The notes under the pieces are model-generated. The model was not told where the DNA came from. It saw only the letters and a list, made by a program, of their open reading frames with translations, and made no database searches. A stretch of DNA of 63,896 bases, the filler included, from Octopus bimaculoides (Eukaryota): NCBI RefSeq assembly GCF_001194135.2. It is 9 parts of 9 records of this genome, joined end to end, with 100 filler letters (N's around TTAATTAATTAA, not from the genome) between each part and the next. Parts side by side here need not be neighbours in the genome. Positions count along the whole stretch, not along the records: positions 1 to 18,829 come from NC_068982.1; 8 more parts are not named here. One strand, given 5' to 3'. This document shows positions 1 through 13,364 of this stretch, piece after piece (positions within the stretch are counted from its first letter, which is position 1; every line of letters starts with the position of its first letter). The translations under genes were made by a program, and so were the position numbers.

Positions 1-40
<40 letters not shown>

Positions 41-70
41 TCTGTCTGTCTGTGTATGTGCGTGTGTGCT
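1..70. repeat. (TG)n microsatellite, representative of the very many (TG/CA), (TA), (GA), (TAGA), (CAGA), (ATT), (CAT), (TAG), (AAC) and (GGT) arrays across the window
   Basis: Directly visible. Other arrays include (TAGA)n 1852-1895 and 11738-11811, (TTA)n 12907-13029, (TAG)n 13290-13363, (CAT)n 32798-32850. Confidence 0.98.
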
Positions 71-317
71 CGTCTACTTCTAGTAAAAGAAACCGGTTTC
101 TTAATATAAAAACACAATGACCAACGACATCTATAAATGTTGATCGGTATCGTATAGAGAGTGAAGGAAAAGAGCAACAGGAAGACAAAGAAATCATTAA
201 CATAAGAGATTCAGGATAAGAGCACACTGGCCTAACTCAGCCTGGATCAGAAACTGATTTCTTTTTCTGGAAACACACCTATTCCCTCAGTAACTTCAGA
301 CTGATGTGTCTCTAGTA

Positions 318-458
318 ACAAGTTTGCTTCCTAACTACATGGTCTGGAATTCAGTTCCGCTTCATATTACCTTGGGCAAGCGTCTTCCGCTATAGCTTCG
401 GGCCGACCGAAGCCTTGTGAGTGGATTTGGTAAGAAGAATCCGAAAGAAACCCGTCGT
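318..458 (+). mobile_element. tRNA-derived SINE, 5' part (octopus OR/CORE-like family), cut by a gap
   Basis: ACCTTGGGCAAG...CTATAGC..CGGGCCGACC.AAGCCTTGTGAGTGGATTTGGTA motif shared with copies at 3.7, 10.2, 24.5 and 50.6 kb. Confidence 0.8.
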
Positions 459-1850
459 NNNNNNNNNNNNNNNNNNNNNNNNNNNNNNNNNNNNNNNNNN
501 NNNNNNNNNNNNNNNNNNNNNNNNNNNNNNNNNNNNNNNNNNNNNNNNNNNNNNNNNNNNNNNNNNNNNNNNNNNNNNNNNNNNNNNNNNNNNNNNNNNN
601 NNNNNNNNNNNNNNNNNNNNNNNNNNNNNNNNNNNNNNNNNNNNNNNNNNNNNNNNNNNNNNNNNNNNNNNNNNNNNNNNNNNNNNNNNNNNNNNNNNNN
701 NNNNNNNNNNNNNNNNNNNNNNNNNNNNNNNNNNNNNNNNNNNNNNNNNNNNNNNNNNNNNNNNNNNNNNNNNNNNNNNNNNNNNNNNNNNNNNNNNNNN
801 NNNNNNNNNNNNNNNNNNNNNNNNNNNNNNNNNNNNNNNNNNNNNNNNNNNNNNNNNNNNNNNNNNNNNNNNNNNNNNNNNNNNNNNNNNNNNNNNNNNN
901 NNNNNNNNNNNNNNNNNNNNNNNNNNNNNNNNNNNNNNNNNNNNNNNNNNNNNNNNNNNNNNNNNNNNNNNNNNNNNNNNNNNNNNNNNNNNNNNNNNNN
1001 NNNNNNNNNNNNNNNNNNNNNNNNNNNNNNNNNNNNNNNNNNNNNNNNNNNNNNNNNNNNNNNNNNNNNNNNNNNNNNNNNNNNNNNNNNNNNNNNNNNN
1101 NNNNNNNNNNNNNNNNNNNNNNNNNNNNNNNNNNNNNNNNNNNNNNNNNNNNNNNNNNNNNNNNNNNNNNNNNNNNNNNNNNNNNNNNNNNNNNNNNNNN
1201 NNNNNNNNNNNNNNNNNNNNNNNNNNNNNNNNNNNNNNNNNNNNNNNNNNNNNNNNNNNNNNNNNNNNNNNNNNNNNNNNNNNNNNNNNNNNNNATATAT
1301 ACTGCAAAAATAGCCTGCAGACTGCCATAGTCAATAAAATAAAAGTAAATTTCCAAAAGTTATTCTTTCTATGAAGTCAGGTGCCATACGATCCACGGCT
1401 TGGTACTGGTCCGCTGTCCGGTGGTAAAGGAGCCCTGTTCTAAGACATAAAAAGATACTTTTAAAGTATAAGAAAGCAAAATATAAATGGAATATTCTAA
1501 AATTTCTCTACGTCAGTGAGTCCCAACTTCTCTATCATCTATTCCCCTCGATTTTACCTATTTCGTCATTTTAAACACTAAATAATATCTATGTATATAA
1601 AAGTTAGATGGTATTGTGCTGAATTTCGAACGCAACATATTCTTGATTAACTTAAATTTCCCAGTTAATTAGAGGCAAAAATCTAGTGGAAGTTGTTAGT
1701 GACGCCTAATGAAAGGAATTACTAACTTAAATAAATTAGGAATTTATCTTTCAAAGCTAATTTACATGATTAGAAGGAGGAAAGCCCATGTTACTGTCAA
1801 CACGCTATTTTAAACGTAGCATGTTAGTGGTTGCATATGTGTGTGTGTGC

Positions 1851-1896
<46 letters not shown>

Positions 1897-2499
1897 TATT
1901 CATGACAGTTCCGGAGATTTAGACGTGCATATATATGCGTGTATGTGTATGCCTGTATGTATGTATAATTTGAAATGCATGTGCAGTACATTAAAAACTA
2001 TAAAACATTTTTAAAATATAATGAACGAAAGAAAGAGAATCCCCTAAAGGTGAAAGTGAATGAGCTAAAAAAAAATCCATTTGGTATAGCTTAGTTTCTT
2101 TGCACTCGCTTTTAACAGAGAAACTAGCTAACCTAATGAATTGGGCTACCCACAGGACGAACAAACATGTTGGAAGAAAAACACATATTGGGAAAATTTC
2201 AACAAGAATCACTAAACCTATTTTATCCTTATATGTAATTAATCTAAAATAAGTGTTATTACAGTTTGTAGCAGGTAAAGCTTTTATGGAGTTGCTTTCT
2301 ATTTTCTTCAGTAACAAACGGTATTCACTGAAGGCAAGCATCCTGATTTCAATTGTTGACTGGAACCATTTGGCTTATTTTTTGAAATTGAATGGCATAA
2401 ACCAGTCAAATTTTCGCATCTCTCTCTTAAAATCTAATTGCTATGTTAGCAACGTTCTAAAACTTCAAGGCAAGTATAGAAGCATTTTCAAGATTTAAA

Positions 2500-2600
2500 A
2501 GGCATTCTAAAATATAGAAGCTATTCTAAAGAATAAGAAAGTACTCAAAAGTATACAAGCTATTCTAAAGTATAAAATGGTATTCTAAAGCATAAGAAGG
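2500..2600. repeat. Degenerate minisatellite, about 19-nt unit (gctattctaaagtataaaa-like)
   Basis: About five recurrences of attctaaa/actcaaaa at near-regular spacing. Confidence 0.6.
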
Positions 2601-3141
2601 CAAAGTATCAAAGGTTGTATACTCTATACCTTGAAAACAAGTTATATGTAATACTTTGCCGCAAAGAAACTCCTCAACGAGACTTTTGTGCCAAAAACAC
2701 ATTAATTCAATCCTAGCATGACTAGTTTTTGTACAAGTCTGTAGGTTTTGTTTACCGATTTCTATATCCGATTAAGCATTTTTCGACTTAGCTCAGAACG
2801 CCAGGGGTACGCGTCACTGAGGAGACCAAATCAGGTCGATACACGGGGTTTAGTAATCCACTGATGCTCTGAGCGGAGTTGTGTGTTTTTAACACATGTC
2901 TTTCTGTGAAGTTTCTCTCAGACAATATATTATAGTTAGTGCTGTTTCTGGCTTTTATATACATTATAAATATGCATACACATTTATAATGTAATTCATT
3001 TTATATCATAATGCTTCAGATAAACTACAACACTCTTCTTTCATTACTAGAATATAAGTAGAGTCGATTGACGTCGACGATATATATTTTTTACTTCTAA
3101 AATATATTCCTGAAGATATTTTATCAATTTTTCTCTAGGAA

Positions 3142-3203
3142 AAATTCCATCTCATAAATTCCGTCTCATAAATTCCGTCTCATAAATTCCATCTCATAAA
3201 TTC
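3142..3203. repeat. 14-bp tandem repeat AAATTCCRTCTCAT, 4.4 copies
   Basis: Four near-perfect units differing only at one A/G position. Confidence 0.9.
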
Positions 3204-3689
3204 ACACTCTCCGTTTCGAACCTTGACAGCAGAACATTTCCGCCGCACTCTTCTAACTATCCATTTAATTTTTATCAACTTAAATTTCGAACATGCTTTC
3301 CTTATCCATGCTAACAATAATTTTCATTAAATCTAATTATGTTTCTTCTCATTATGAGTGTCATTCTATTTAATTAAAAACATTTTTTAGTTCAGGCTTA
3401 CTACATCCCTCACTATATAACATGTCTCACTTAACTTCATGTATTCCATGCTACGAACACCCCTGAGAAATACACCATGTATATAAGTGCTACTTTGCTT
3501 GACATAAGCAAGGGATATGACATCATCAAAGTGCTGCCTCAATCATCTCTTCAGTTTGAAGCGTTGATTTATTTTAACGCTACACACACCAATGTTTGTA
3601 ATGTACAACCTAGTGCATTGAGGTAACTTTTTAAAAGAAACAACATTGAGACACACGGATGAATTCTACACACAAATTAAACGTGAAGT

Positions 3690-3854
3690 CGACACTCTTT
3701 GCAACCATGTGGTTTTGGGTTCAGTTTCCCTGCACGGCATCTTGGCAAGTGTTTTTGTACTATAACCCCATGTCGACCAATTCCTTGGGAGTGAATTTGG
3801 TAGATGGAAACTGTGGCCGCCCGAATTTGGTAGACGGAAACTATAGCAGCCCAC

Positions 3855-3860
<6 letters not shown>
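3690..3860 (+). mobile_element. Diverged SINE 5' part with an internal duplication of gaatttggtaga(t/c)ggaaact
   Basis: Same family motifs as 318-458. Confidence 0.7.
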
Positions 3861-3892
<32 letters not shown>

Positions 3893-3944
3893 TGTCTGTC
3901 TGTCTGTGTCTGTGTGTGTCTGTGAATGTCTGTATGTGCAGACG

Positions 3945-4300
3945 TCGCTCCGTTGCTCACGTGAGATATGTACTCTTTACAGGTACCATGTAAGTGTCCT
4001 AGAACGCTTCCATCAGAGATGTCTGAGATATATTCTGAAGCTATAAAGTGAATATTTTTGCGGAAAGCGCTCCTAACAGAAACCAAGACTACGATTTAAG
4101 GATTGTGTAAAGTGTTCATTGAAAGCAGGTGTCAACTGGGAAACAATGCTTGTCATTGCCACCAATAGAAGAAACAAGTAAAGGAAGGAGTGAGTGTTTT
4201 CGAAAAAACATGCATTTTTTATGCAGAATTTAAACGAACTGCTCGAAAATGCAATGCCAGTATAGTAAATAGGGAAACTTGGTCCGCAATATCTGTGGAC
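3945..4300 (+). mobile_element. RTE-clade LINE ORF2 C-terminal fragment, decayed
   Basis: Translates TLYRYHVSVLERFHQRCLRYILKL and RFKDCVKCSLK, typical RTE post-RT motifs. Confidence 0.7.
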
Positions 4301-4482
4301 ACACGTTTATCATCAGCAGAACCACAAGTGCGCTTTGTTCTTAATAGTCAGTGACGATCTTTCACGTTCACGAGTGGACAGCCATCCTCATAATGCACTT
4401 ATATATGTAGATAGGTAAGTAAGTAGGGAGGGAGCGAGGAAGGGAGGTATACATGTGTGTCTTTGTGTTTACTTTTTACTTC

Positions 4483-4670
4483 CACCACTGCTTGACAACC
4501 GGTGTTGGTTTGTTTACATCCTCGTTACTTAGCGGTTCGGCCGGCCCAAGTGTACGATAGAATTAGTATCAGACTTAGGAAATAAATACTGGGGTCGGTT
4601 TGTTCGGCTAAACCCTTCAAGACGGTATCCCAGCATGGCCTCAGTCTAATAACTGAAACAAGTAAAAGAT
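4483..4670 (+). mobile_element. SINE 3' half
   Basis: gcttgacaaccg..gtttac..acttagcggttcgg..ggggtcg..ccagcatggcc..actgaaacaagtaaaag, shared with other copies in the window. Confidence 0.8.
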
Positions 4671-6512
4671 CAGAAGGAAACTAGCTAAATTATATTTGAA
4701 ACTTAGTTCCGAGTTTTATTCTTTCTGCCATCTTGCTTGCTACTCTTACTTTCGTACAAACTATTGAACACAAAATCGTGTTCCTTTAATTTCTGTCATT
4801 AACAGAATGAGTCTTTCATTTCTATTGCTATTGAATCTGATTCAGTTTGCTAATCTATTTTCTTGAAACGTTCCACATCTGACAAGTTTTAAGTTTATAT
4901 TAAATCCAGATAACAATAGAATAACAACGTTCTGGCTGGGAAATCATACAATAATATTTTATATTCTAACCTCTAAGAAACAGATTCAGGATTCTATTGT
5001 TAAATAATGTTGAAATATTTGTAATGATTACAAACATTATTAAGATGGCGACGGATGCCTCTTCTCGTTGTCCTTTATAAAGCTACATCAACTGCTATTC
5101 ATACTTTTAAATTCTTCTTTTCAACATGACTGTTATCAAATTAATAAACAGAAAGATCATGCTAAGACTGTGACATTAAAATTGAATACATTTCATCGGA
5201 ATATGTTCCTTTCAAACAACCTAACCAGCAGACACTATTAGTTTCAGAGATAAAATATAAAAACAAAAATCTGATGGAGAAAAACAAATTTAATCAAATA
5301 CAACACTCTATGAAAATAATTTGTTTGAATTTTTGCCGCCTGGCTAAGATGAATTTGTCGCAATCATTTTATATTTGCCTGTCGACATGGCTTTATTTTC
5401 TTTCAAATTTTTCTTTTTATGTGTTTAATACAGCAAATGTGATTCAGAAGTGATATCACCAGAATTAATCAATGTCGATAAAAATCGAATATTCATAGCT
5501 CGGTCAGTTTTTCGAGAAAACAGACGTGCTTGTCTCCAACAATTTTCTGCATTCAATTTTGTTCCTGAAATTCATCAGCATGTTTCCATTTATTCGTCGT
5601 CAACAACTTGTTCTACTATTTTCGGTCACATTTTAAGGATAAAATACATCAGATTTTACTTCTCCACTTCCATTTGTTTTAAATTTCTTCTTGGATATCA
5701 TAAACATATATTTTATTCTATTTATATATTTATTCTATTTTAATTTGCTTTGTTTTATTTCTCTCCGAAGTAAATTTTCGTGTTTTCCATCATTTTCCAT
5801 TAATGTAAAGGTGACTGTAAAAATGTTATGTTTGATGATATTATGAACAAAAATTTATAGATATATATGTGCGTGTATGTATGTGTATATGTGTATACAT
5901 AAATAGAAAGAAAGAAAGATAGATAGATACATACATACATACATACATACATAAGCATAGCTTGTATGTGTGTATGTATATAGATATATATTGAATATAC
6001 GTATGTGTGTGTATGTATGTATATATNNNNNNNNNNNNNNNNNNNNNNNNNNNNNNNNNNNNNNNNNNNNNNNNNNNNNNATATATATATCCAGTCACAC
6101 ACCGTATGCATGTATAAGGTAAGCAGGTATACATACATACGTAGACATAATATATAGAGAGAGATAGCGGGATAGGAGACAGAGAAATAGACAGTATTCG
6201 CACATATATACACTTATTAAACCCATATATTTATGCAAGCATATGAAAATATTTCCATATGTATATAGACATATATATATGCGTGTGTGTGTGTGAGTAT
6301 GTGTGTGAGTGCACACACACATACATGTCTGTGTGTATATATGTACGTATGTATGTGTGTATGTGTGAATGTATGCATGCAGGCATAAACAGTGCTAGAA
6401 CAGGAAATTATATTCCTGGAATTATATTTATATTTGTAAATTAACGGATGCATTTATGTGTGTGCGTGTTTATTTATACATATATGCACAACACATGCAC
6501 ACACATACATAG

Positions 6513-6596
<84 letters not shown>

Positions 6597-6769
6597 NNNN
6601 NNNNNNNNNNNNNNNNNNNNNNNNNNNNNNNNNNNNNNNNNNNNNNNNNNNNNNNNNNNNNNNNNNNNNNNNNNNNNNNNNNNNNNTCTTCTATCTATTA
6701 GTTGTCTCAGTCATTAGAGTGTGGTCATGCTGGAGCGCTGCCTTGAAGAATATTTCGTCGAACGAATTG

Positions 6770-6900
6770 ACCTCAGTACTTTTTTTAAGCCAGGTACTTA
6801 TTCCATCGTTCTCCTTTTCAGAACCACTAATTCATGGAGACGTAAACACACCAACACCAGTTATCAAGCAGTGTTGGGGAAGACAAACACAGATACAAAC
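6770..6900 (-). mobile_element. SINE 3' half, inverted relative to 7100-7290
   Basis: Reverse complement of the 4483-4670 motifs, diverged. Confidence 0.6.
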
Positions 6901-7099
6901 ACCCACACACACATCACACACACACACGCGCGCGCACACACACATATAGATATATACATATCTATATATACGATGGGTTTCTTTCAGTTTCCGTGTGTGC
7001 GTGTGTGTATGCGTACGTGTTTCTGTGTCTGTGTGGGTAGGTGTGTGTATTTGTGTCTGTGTGTGTCTCTGTGTGTGCGTGCGCGCGTCTTTGCGTTTG

Positions 7100-7290
7100 T
7101 CATACACCGCTTGATAACTGGTGCTGCTTTGTTTGCATCCCCGTAACTAAGTGATTCAGCAAAGAAATTACTAATAGAAGAATTACTAGATTCAAAAAAA
7201 CTAAGTACTGAGGTCGATTTAATCGACTGAACTCATCGTGACGCTGCCCCAGCATGACTGTAGTTCAATGAGTGAAACATGTAAAAGAAT
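7100..7290 (+). mobile_element. SINE 3' half
   Basis: ccccgtaact..gaggtcgattt..ccagcatgactg..gaaacatgtaaaagaataag. Confidence 0.7.
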
Positions 7291-7422
7291 AAGCTACACG
7301 CATATAGAGAAACAATCAGTCGGAGGAACGTGAAAGTTGATAGAGAGTCAGACAGTGAAACAAACAGATGGAGAGACAGACAGAAAGATAGACAGACAGA
7401 CAAACAGACGGACAGACAGACA

Positions 7423-7490
<68 letters not shown>

Positions 7491-8216
7491 AATATGTCTG
7501 TACTGTGTGGAACGCCATATTTCCCATTTAAACGAATTTTATCGCCATAATTTTCAATATATTTAACGTTATACAATATCACTACTTCCATTATTTTTCA
7601 AGTTTTCTCTAAAATTATGGAGTTTTGCTTCCTATTTCTTTATCTCGCTTCCCTTACTTCTTCCGTACTTTTTTTTATATTACTTCCGGCAACCTCAACA
7701 CTATAAGCGGACAATATTGTCTTGGACGTTTTTTGATTCGTCCATTTTATGACTTTTACACCGTAAAGATTGTGCGGTACCCAGTGACATTACTATATCT
7801 TCATATAATTGTACATAACACTTTCCTTTCTGTTTCCCCGTCTCTTAGGAATCATTCACTGGTTAATTCTTCAACTTCTCACCTTTCTATTATTCCGTTC
7901 CTGTTTTATTGATATTGAATATCATCTCTAAATCTTCTGGCTACCATTGTATATATGGTTGTGTACATGTGTCTTGTGTTTGTATATGTTTGTGCGCATG
8001 TATGTTATGGATGCGTATGTGTCTGTGTTTGTAAATGGGGAAGCCGTATAGAAATATATACAGACTTACACACACACGCACACACACACACAAACACACA
8101 CATATATATATAAACACATACAAACATAACTATATGCAGACATTTGCTCTTATACATATATGTACGTGTATATAACATGAGAGAAAGAGACAATGAAATT
8201 CACAAGATTCTTTATT

Positions 8217-8324
8217 AATCACTACAATCGTTTCGACCCATCGCGCATCGGTCCCTCGCTGGTGAGATTCTGTGCAACTGGTTGTGGTGCATGATTCGGT
8301 GTAGATTTGCCTCGTCAGGTAACT
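8217..8324 (-). ncRNA. Second copy of the same hammerhead-like motif on the opposite strand
   Basis: AGTTAC-CTGACGA-G(77 nt)C-GAAAC-GATT-GTA-GTGATT. Helix I kept with two G-U pairs; palindrome broken by one substitution. Confidence 0.5.
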
Positions 8325-8477
8325 TTTCAAAATCCGGTTTTGTTAATTTCGATTATAATACATTTCGTTATTTGTCTGCGATTGGTGGTGTACAGGAGAG
8401 ATCATGATTCAGAATCTAGATCTGATCTTCCTTGTACTATGCGAAACCGAGATTGATAAGCGAGGTACTTTTTGAAA

Positions 8478-8585
8478 AATCACCTGACGAGGCACATCTG
8501 CACCGAATGACGCACCACAATCAGTTGTATAGAATCTCATCCGTGAGGGACTGATGCAAAATGGGTTGAAACGATCGTAGTGATT
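8478..8585 (+). ncRNA. Minimal type I hammerhead-ribozyme-like motif with a 77-nt helix II region
   Basis: AATCAC-CTGACGA-(77 nt)-GAAAC-GATC-GTA-GTGATT: perfect 6-bp helix I, intact core, palindromic ACGATCGT in place of helix III. Helix II closing pairs are weak. Confidence 0.55.
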
Positions 8586-9326
8586 AATGAAGAATATCGT
8601 GAATTCCATTTTCTCTTTCTCTCCTATATTATATACATGCAGGTGGGCGATGGGCGAATTTCTAGAAAATGGTGGCCTATTTGAGATTTTGGCGGGCGAT
8701 ATGAACATTTTGTGGGTGACAATGAATTTTTAGAAATTAAGTCTGCATTTACTGATATCTAGTTATGCCTAGTTATGCGTATTTCTATGTGTGTGTCTGT
8801 GTGTGTATAAGCAAAATAATTCTGTCTACTTCCAGTGAAGTGGTGTGCTTACAACTGTACTTAGTAGTATTGCTGGATATGATATACAGAGCAAATGTAT
8901 GAGAAATTATGATTAGCACGTGTTTATTTCATATGTTCCCTACGTACGTTTCACCATAGTGGTTATTTGCATCCTCTGCAGTTGATATTCCAAGCTTAAA
9001 TGAATGCTGAACCACAATAGTTCATTAAGGGAATACTTTATTGCATTATGTTACACAGGTCAAATGCCATATGTTATCAGATTTGAGTGGTAGACTTAAC
9101 CCGTCGCCTTGTTTAACGCCTTCACTTGGCAACTTGAGCGCTTTGTTATAAGCATTCAGGTCAAATCTCCCATTTGAGAATACCTCATTCCCTAATCCAA
9201 CCAATTACCAAACCTCTACAAAAGGATAATGGTCGTTCCTTCTGGTTGGAAGGTATTAAAAATAGAGAAGTATATCTTCTCTCTACTTGATGGTAAGGAG
9301 ATATGTTTTTGGTTATTAGTTAAAAG

Positions 9327-9572
9327 CAGTGGTTCTCCATCATTTTTTGCCAATAGACCCCTTTCGTTCTTGTTTTACTTAGATGGACCCTCATATCCAT
9401 TCGACTTTTAAATTCCTGTATTTTTGTAATTAAATATTATAAAGAATTGTATAGAAATTGTTGAAAATATTTTGCGTGTTGTAAAACTATAAACAATTTA
9501 TTGCACAAATTTTAACAACAAACTCTTATGTGAACCCCCAAGGATCATATGAACCCCGATTGAGAACCGTTG
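9327..9572. mobile_element. hAT-like MITE, old
   Basis: Termini CAGTGGTTCTCCA and TTGAGAACCGTTG resemble hAT/Charlie TIRs. No convincing 8-bp TSD. Confidence 0.55.
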
Positions 9573-10159
9573 GACTAATGTTACAACACTAAGTATAACT
9601 TATGAAAAGATATTCTATTAAAGTATTTACACCTTTTAGTGAGTCAACAGCTGATAAATCCAGGTTTTCTTAGCAATAAAGAGGAAGACTAGTCTTTGCG
9701 ATACAATTTCGACTGGCTTTGACCTGTTGGTACCATGAAGTTTAGCACTTGTAAAACGTTTGCAGCATTTTGACGTGTTTGTTACAGGGGTAGGAATCGT
9801 GTTGTTATTCAGAGTGTGTTGCAGAAAAACATTTCGCCCCTGCATCTCATAATTATGAAAAAATGCGGCCAGTACAACTTCTTGATTAAATTTTCAACTT
9901 AAATCCTGCTCTGATTTCGTTTCTTTTCTTTTTCATTTCTATTGTTCTATACGAGGAAAAAAGAATACACCATTACATATTATATATTCTCCACCACATT
10001 TCCGCTCGGCCAGTGAACTGTGCCCCACTAAAATTGCACTGTTTTTTTCTTGCTATCTTGGATCGTAAACCAATATTCAAAACGTTGAAAAGAACTATAA
10101 CATCCAAACTTGCATTTTGAAAATGCCTGCAAATCTTATATACAGGTACGGGTATGTCT

Positions 10160-10535
10160 GTGAGGTTAAGAAGCTTATTTTCCAATCACGGGGTTTCGAG
10201 TTCAATCCTACTGCGCAACACCTTGGGCAAGAGTTTTCTACTATAGCCTCCGGCCGACCAATACCTTGTGGGAGAATTTCATAGACAGAAATGTGTGGAA
10301 TCTCGTCACATGTATATATATTATGTTTGTGTATATATGTATGTGCGTGTGTTTTTATGTATGCATGTGTTTGACCCCACTGCCTGACTACCATAATTTA
10401 GTGGTTGAGCAAAATAAATCGTCAGAATAAGCACCAGACTTTAAAAAAAGTACTGGGGTCGATTTGTTCTACTAGACCATTCAAGACCTAGCCCCAGCAA
10501 GGCTTCAGTTCAATACAGAAATAGTTAAAAGATAT
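10160..10535 (+). mobile_element. Near full-length tRNA-derived SINE
   Basis: B-box-like GAGTTCAATCC, ACCTTGGGCAAG core, internal (TA/TG) tract and family 3' end. Confidence 0.8.
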
Positions 10536-11154
10536 AACGAGTGTGTGTGTGCGTGTGTGTGCGTGTGCGCGTGAGAGAGAGAGATAGGGGAGGAAGAGAA
10601 CATATTCCCGTTTATATATTCCAGTTCTCGTATTCAATTGAGATATTGTCTTCCTGGACTGATGCTTCTTCCGGAACCTACATCTCTATTTCCGTTGAAT
10701 TACTGAATGTTTTATTAAATTATTAACTGTCACACAGCCAGTCACTTTTCCATGCATATCGCATGTATTGATGGTTCATTTGTTAAAGACATTTGTATAC
10801 CTATTTATATAGTGACCTCTAGCCTATGTTCTCACTATTTTTCAGTCTATATCTTTATATCACATTATATATGCGTGTGTTTGTGCTTCTGTACAAAGTA
10901 GAGACAACAAATATATATGTATATGTTTATGCTTGTGCGCATGTGCGTATGGTATATATATGTCTGTGCGCATATGAAAGTATGTACATGTTTTGTTTGT
11001 GGCCAAACAAGTACATCTCTTGATCTATCTACCTTTGCAGCGATAGTCACCAAATACTTATCGATTATTCAGGAAGGATCGTGCAATCTCAATTGTTGTT
11101 TCCTGTCCCCATAAGTTTTAACTTCTATTTCTCGAGATTTCGAAATTTCTCTTA

Positions 11155-11219
<65 letters not shown>

Positions 11220-11736
11220 CTTTTTCATGTATGTATATGTATACATACATACATACATACATACATACATTATAACAGATAATAAAAAAGTGAAACATTT
11301 GGCATCATTCAAGAACATTTAGTTCATAATTTATAGTTATATTTAACAGTAAAGTCTCTTACAGCTGTTTCTTGAATAGCGAAGCATGTTTGATCATATG
11401 CTATTGAATACAGAATTTCACGTAAGCTAAGTATTCCGTCATCGGAGATAGAAAAAAAATATAGAAATGTAGAATATTATTATGAAATTATAATGAAAAG
11501 CGCACTGAGTGGGAGAGAAACTATAAAACAGAAGTCATATGTAAACTATTGCGATACAGTTTGCATGACATGGGAGTGAGTAGACTTATCCTTCAGCCTT
11601 GTCCGATGATTGCTAATTTCCCTCTCTATTTTTGGCATGAAACCATTTGGTAACAGCATTGACCGGTTGTCATAAAATTATAATATTAAATAATGTAAAC
11701 AGACAGACAGATAGACAGACAGACAAACAGACAGAC

Positions 11737-11812
<76 letters not shown>

Positions 11813-11959
11813 GCCCTGATAGTCCCCATTTACAAAAAGAAGGGGAACCGAAAAGAATGTGAGAACCAACAGAGCATTTCTCTGTTAGCCAACCAGAGAT
11901 ATAATCTTGAAATTTCGACAGCTACAGGAGAAACCAGCAAGCAACATTAACCCCTTTCC

Positions 11960-12470
11960 GTAATGTTTGCGGGCTTTTCCAAAGCATTTGACACGCGAGT
12001 CCAGCTTCGTCATCTGCGTTCCATCTTGCATATCAAATGATAGAATTGCATTCCTGATGAAGAGGTCCTACGTTGCACTGGCGCAGTTAGTGTGGACGCC
12101 CTCATTACTTCATCGCAGCTGCGCTGGGCGGGACATGTTTGCAGGATGGAGACTCCCAAAAGCAGTTTTCTATGCCAAAGGTTGCGATACAGGAATGTGC
12201 TGAAGTACTCTGACATCTCCCCAGACTCCTGAGAAGATAAGGCCCTGCACATAATTCCAGCCATTGAGAAGAAATAACTGAAAGAATACGAAAGAGCACA
12301 TGAGAGACATCATTTCTCCGTTGCGTTAAATAGCTTCACCTGCAGCAGATGGCATCGCTGCTGCAGATCAAGAGCAGGCCATGTAGCCTACATGCGAGCC
12401 CTACCAGAGATGATTACTGAACAAGAACAGTCAACGTCAACTTACGACGGACAGCAGATGTGTGTGCATG
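11960..12470 (+). mobile_element. RTE (BovB-like) LINE fragment with a large internal deletion
   Basis: FSKAFDT motif fused directly to EEVLRCTG..QLRWAGHVCRM, followed by terminal zinc finger FTCSRWHRCCRSRAGHV. Confidence 0.8.
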
Positions 12471-12906
12471 TGGNNNNNNNNNNNNNNNNNNNNNNNNNNN
12501 NNNNNNNNNNNNNNNNNNNNNNNNNNNNNNNNNNNNNNNNNNNNNNNNNNNNNNNNNNNNNNNNNNNNNNNNNNNNNNNNNNNNNNNNNNNNNNNNNNNN
12601 NNNNNNNNNNNNNNNNNNNNNNNNNNNNNNNNNNNNNNNNNNNNNNNNNNNNNNNNNNNNNNNNNNNNNNNNNNNNNNNNNNNNNNNNNNNNNNNNNNNN
12701 NNNNNNNNNNNNNNNNNNNNNNNNNNNNNNNNNNNNNNNNNNNNNNNNNNNNNNNNNNNNNNNNNNNNNNNNNNNNNNNNNNNNNNNNNNNNNNNNNNNN
12801 NNNNNNNNNNNNNNNNNNNNNNNNNNNNNNNNNNNNNNNNNNNNNNNNNNNNNNNNNNNNNNNNNNNNNNNNNNNNNNNNNNNNNNNNNNNNNNNNNNNN
12901 NNNNNN

Positions 12907-12968
<62 letters not shown>

Positions 12969-12970
12969 GC

Positions 12971-13030
<60 letters not shown>

Positions 13031-13254
13031 AAGTAAGGATACTTTTGTTTTGTTTTGTCAGCCATAGATTACAGATAAAAATAAAATCTACTATCACAAA
13101 CATCACCACCACCAACGCCACCAACATCATCACTACTAACACTACCATCAACACCACCACTAACATCCCCCCCCCCTCAACATCACTACTAACATCACCA
13201 CCAACAGCAACAACACCAACAATTGTGACTTCAACATTTAGAACTTCATTTACA

Positions 13255-13286
<32 letters not shown>

Positions 13287-13296
13287 ATTGTAGTAG

Positions 13297-13364
<68 letters not shown>

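Larger units (their letters stand above)
8180..8625. repeat. Inverted repeat: arms of about 150 bp (8180-8332 and 8468-8625), roughly 80% identical, spacer about 135 bp
   Basis: Hand alignment of the reverse complement of arm 1 to arm 2. Confidence 0.85.

Noticed and set aside
2811-2850. CTGAGGA-GACC-AAATCA-GGTC-GATA hammerhead-like motif
   Set aside because: Good helix II, but GATA replaces GAAA and no helix I partner or triplet follows.
9060-9200. Minus-strand GVKQGDGLS resembling an RT motif, and a nearby acceptor at about 9215
   Set aside because: Isolated match with no flanking RT motifs; all frames after the acceptor stop quickly.
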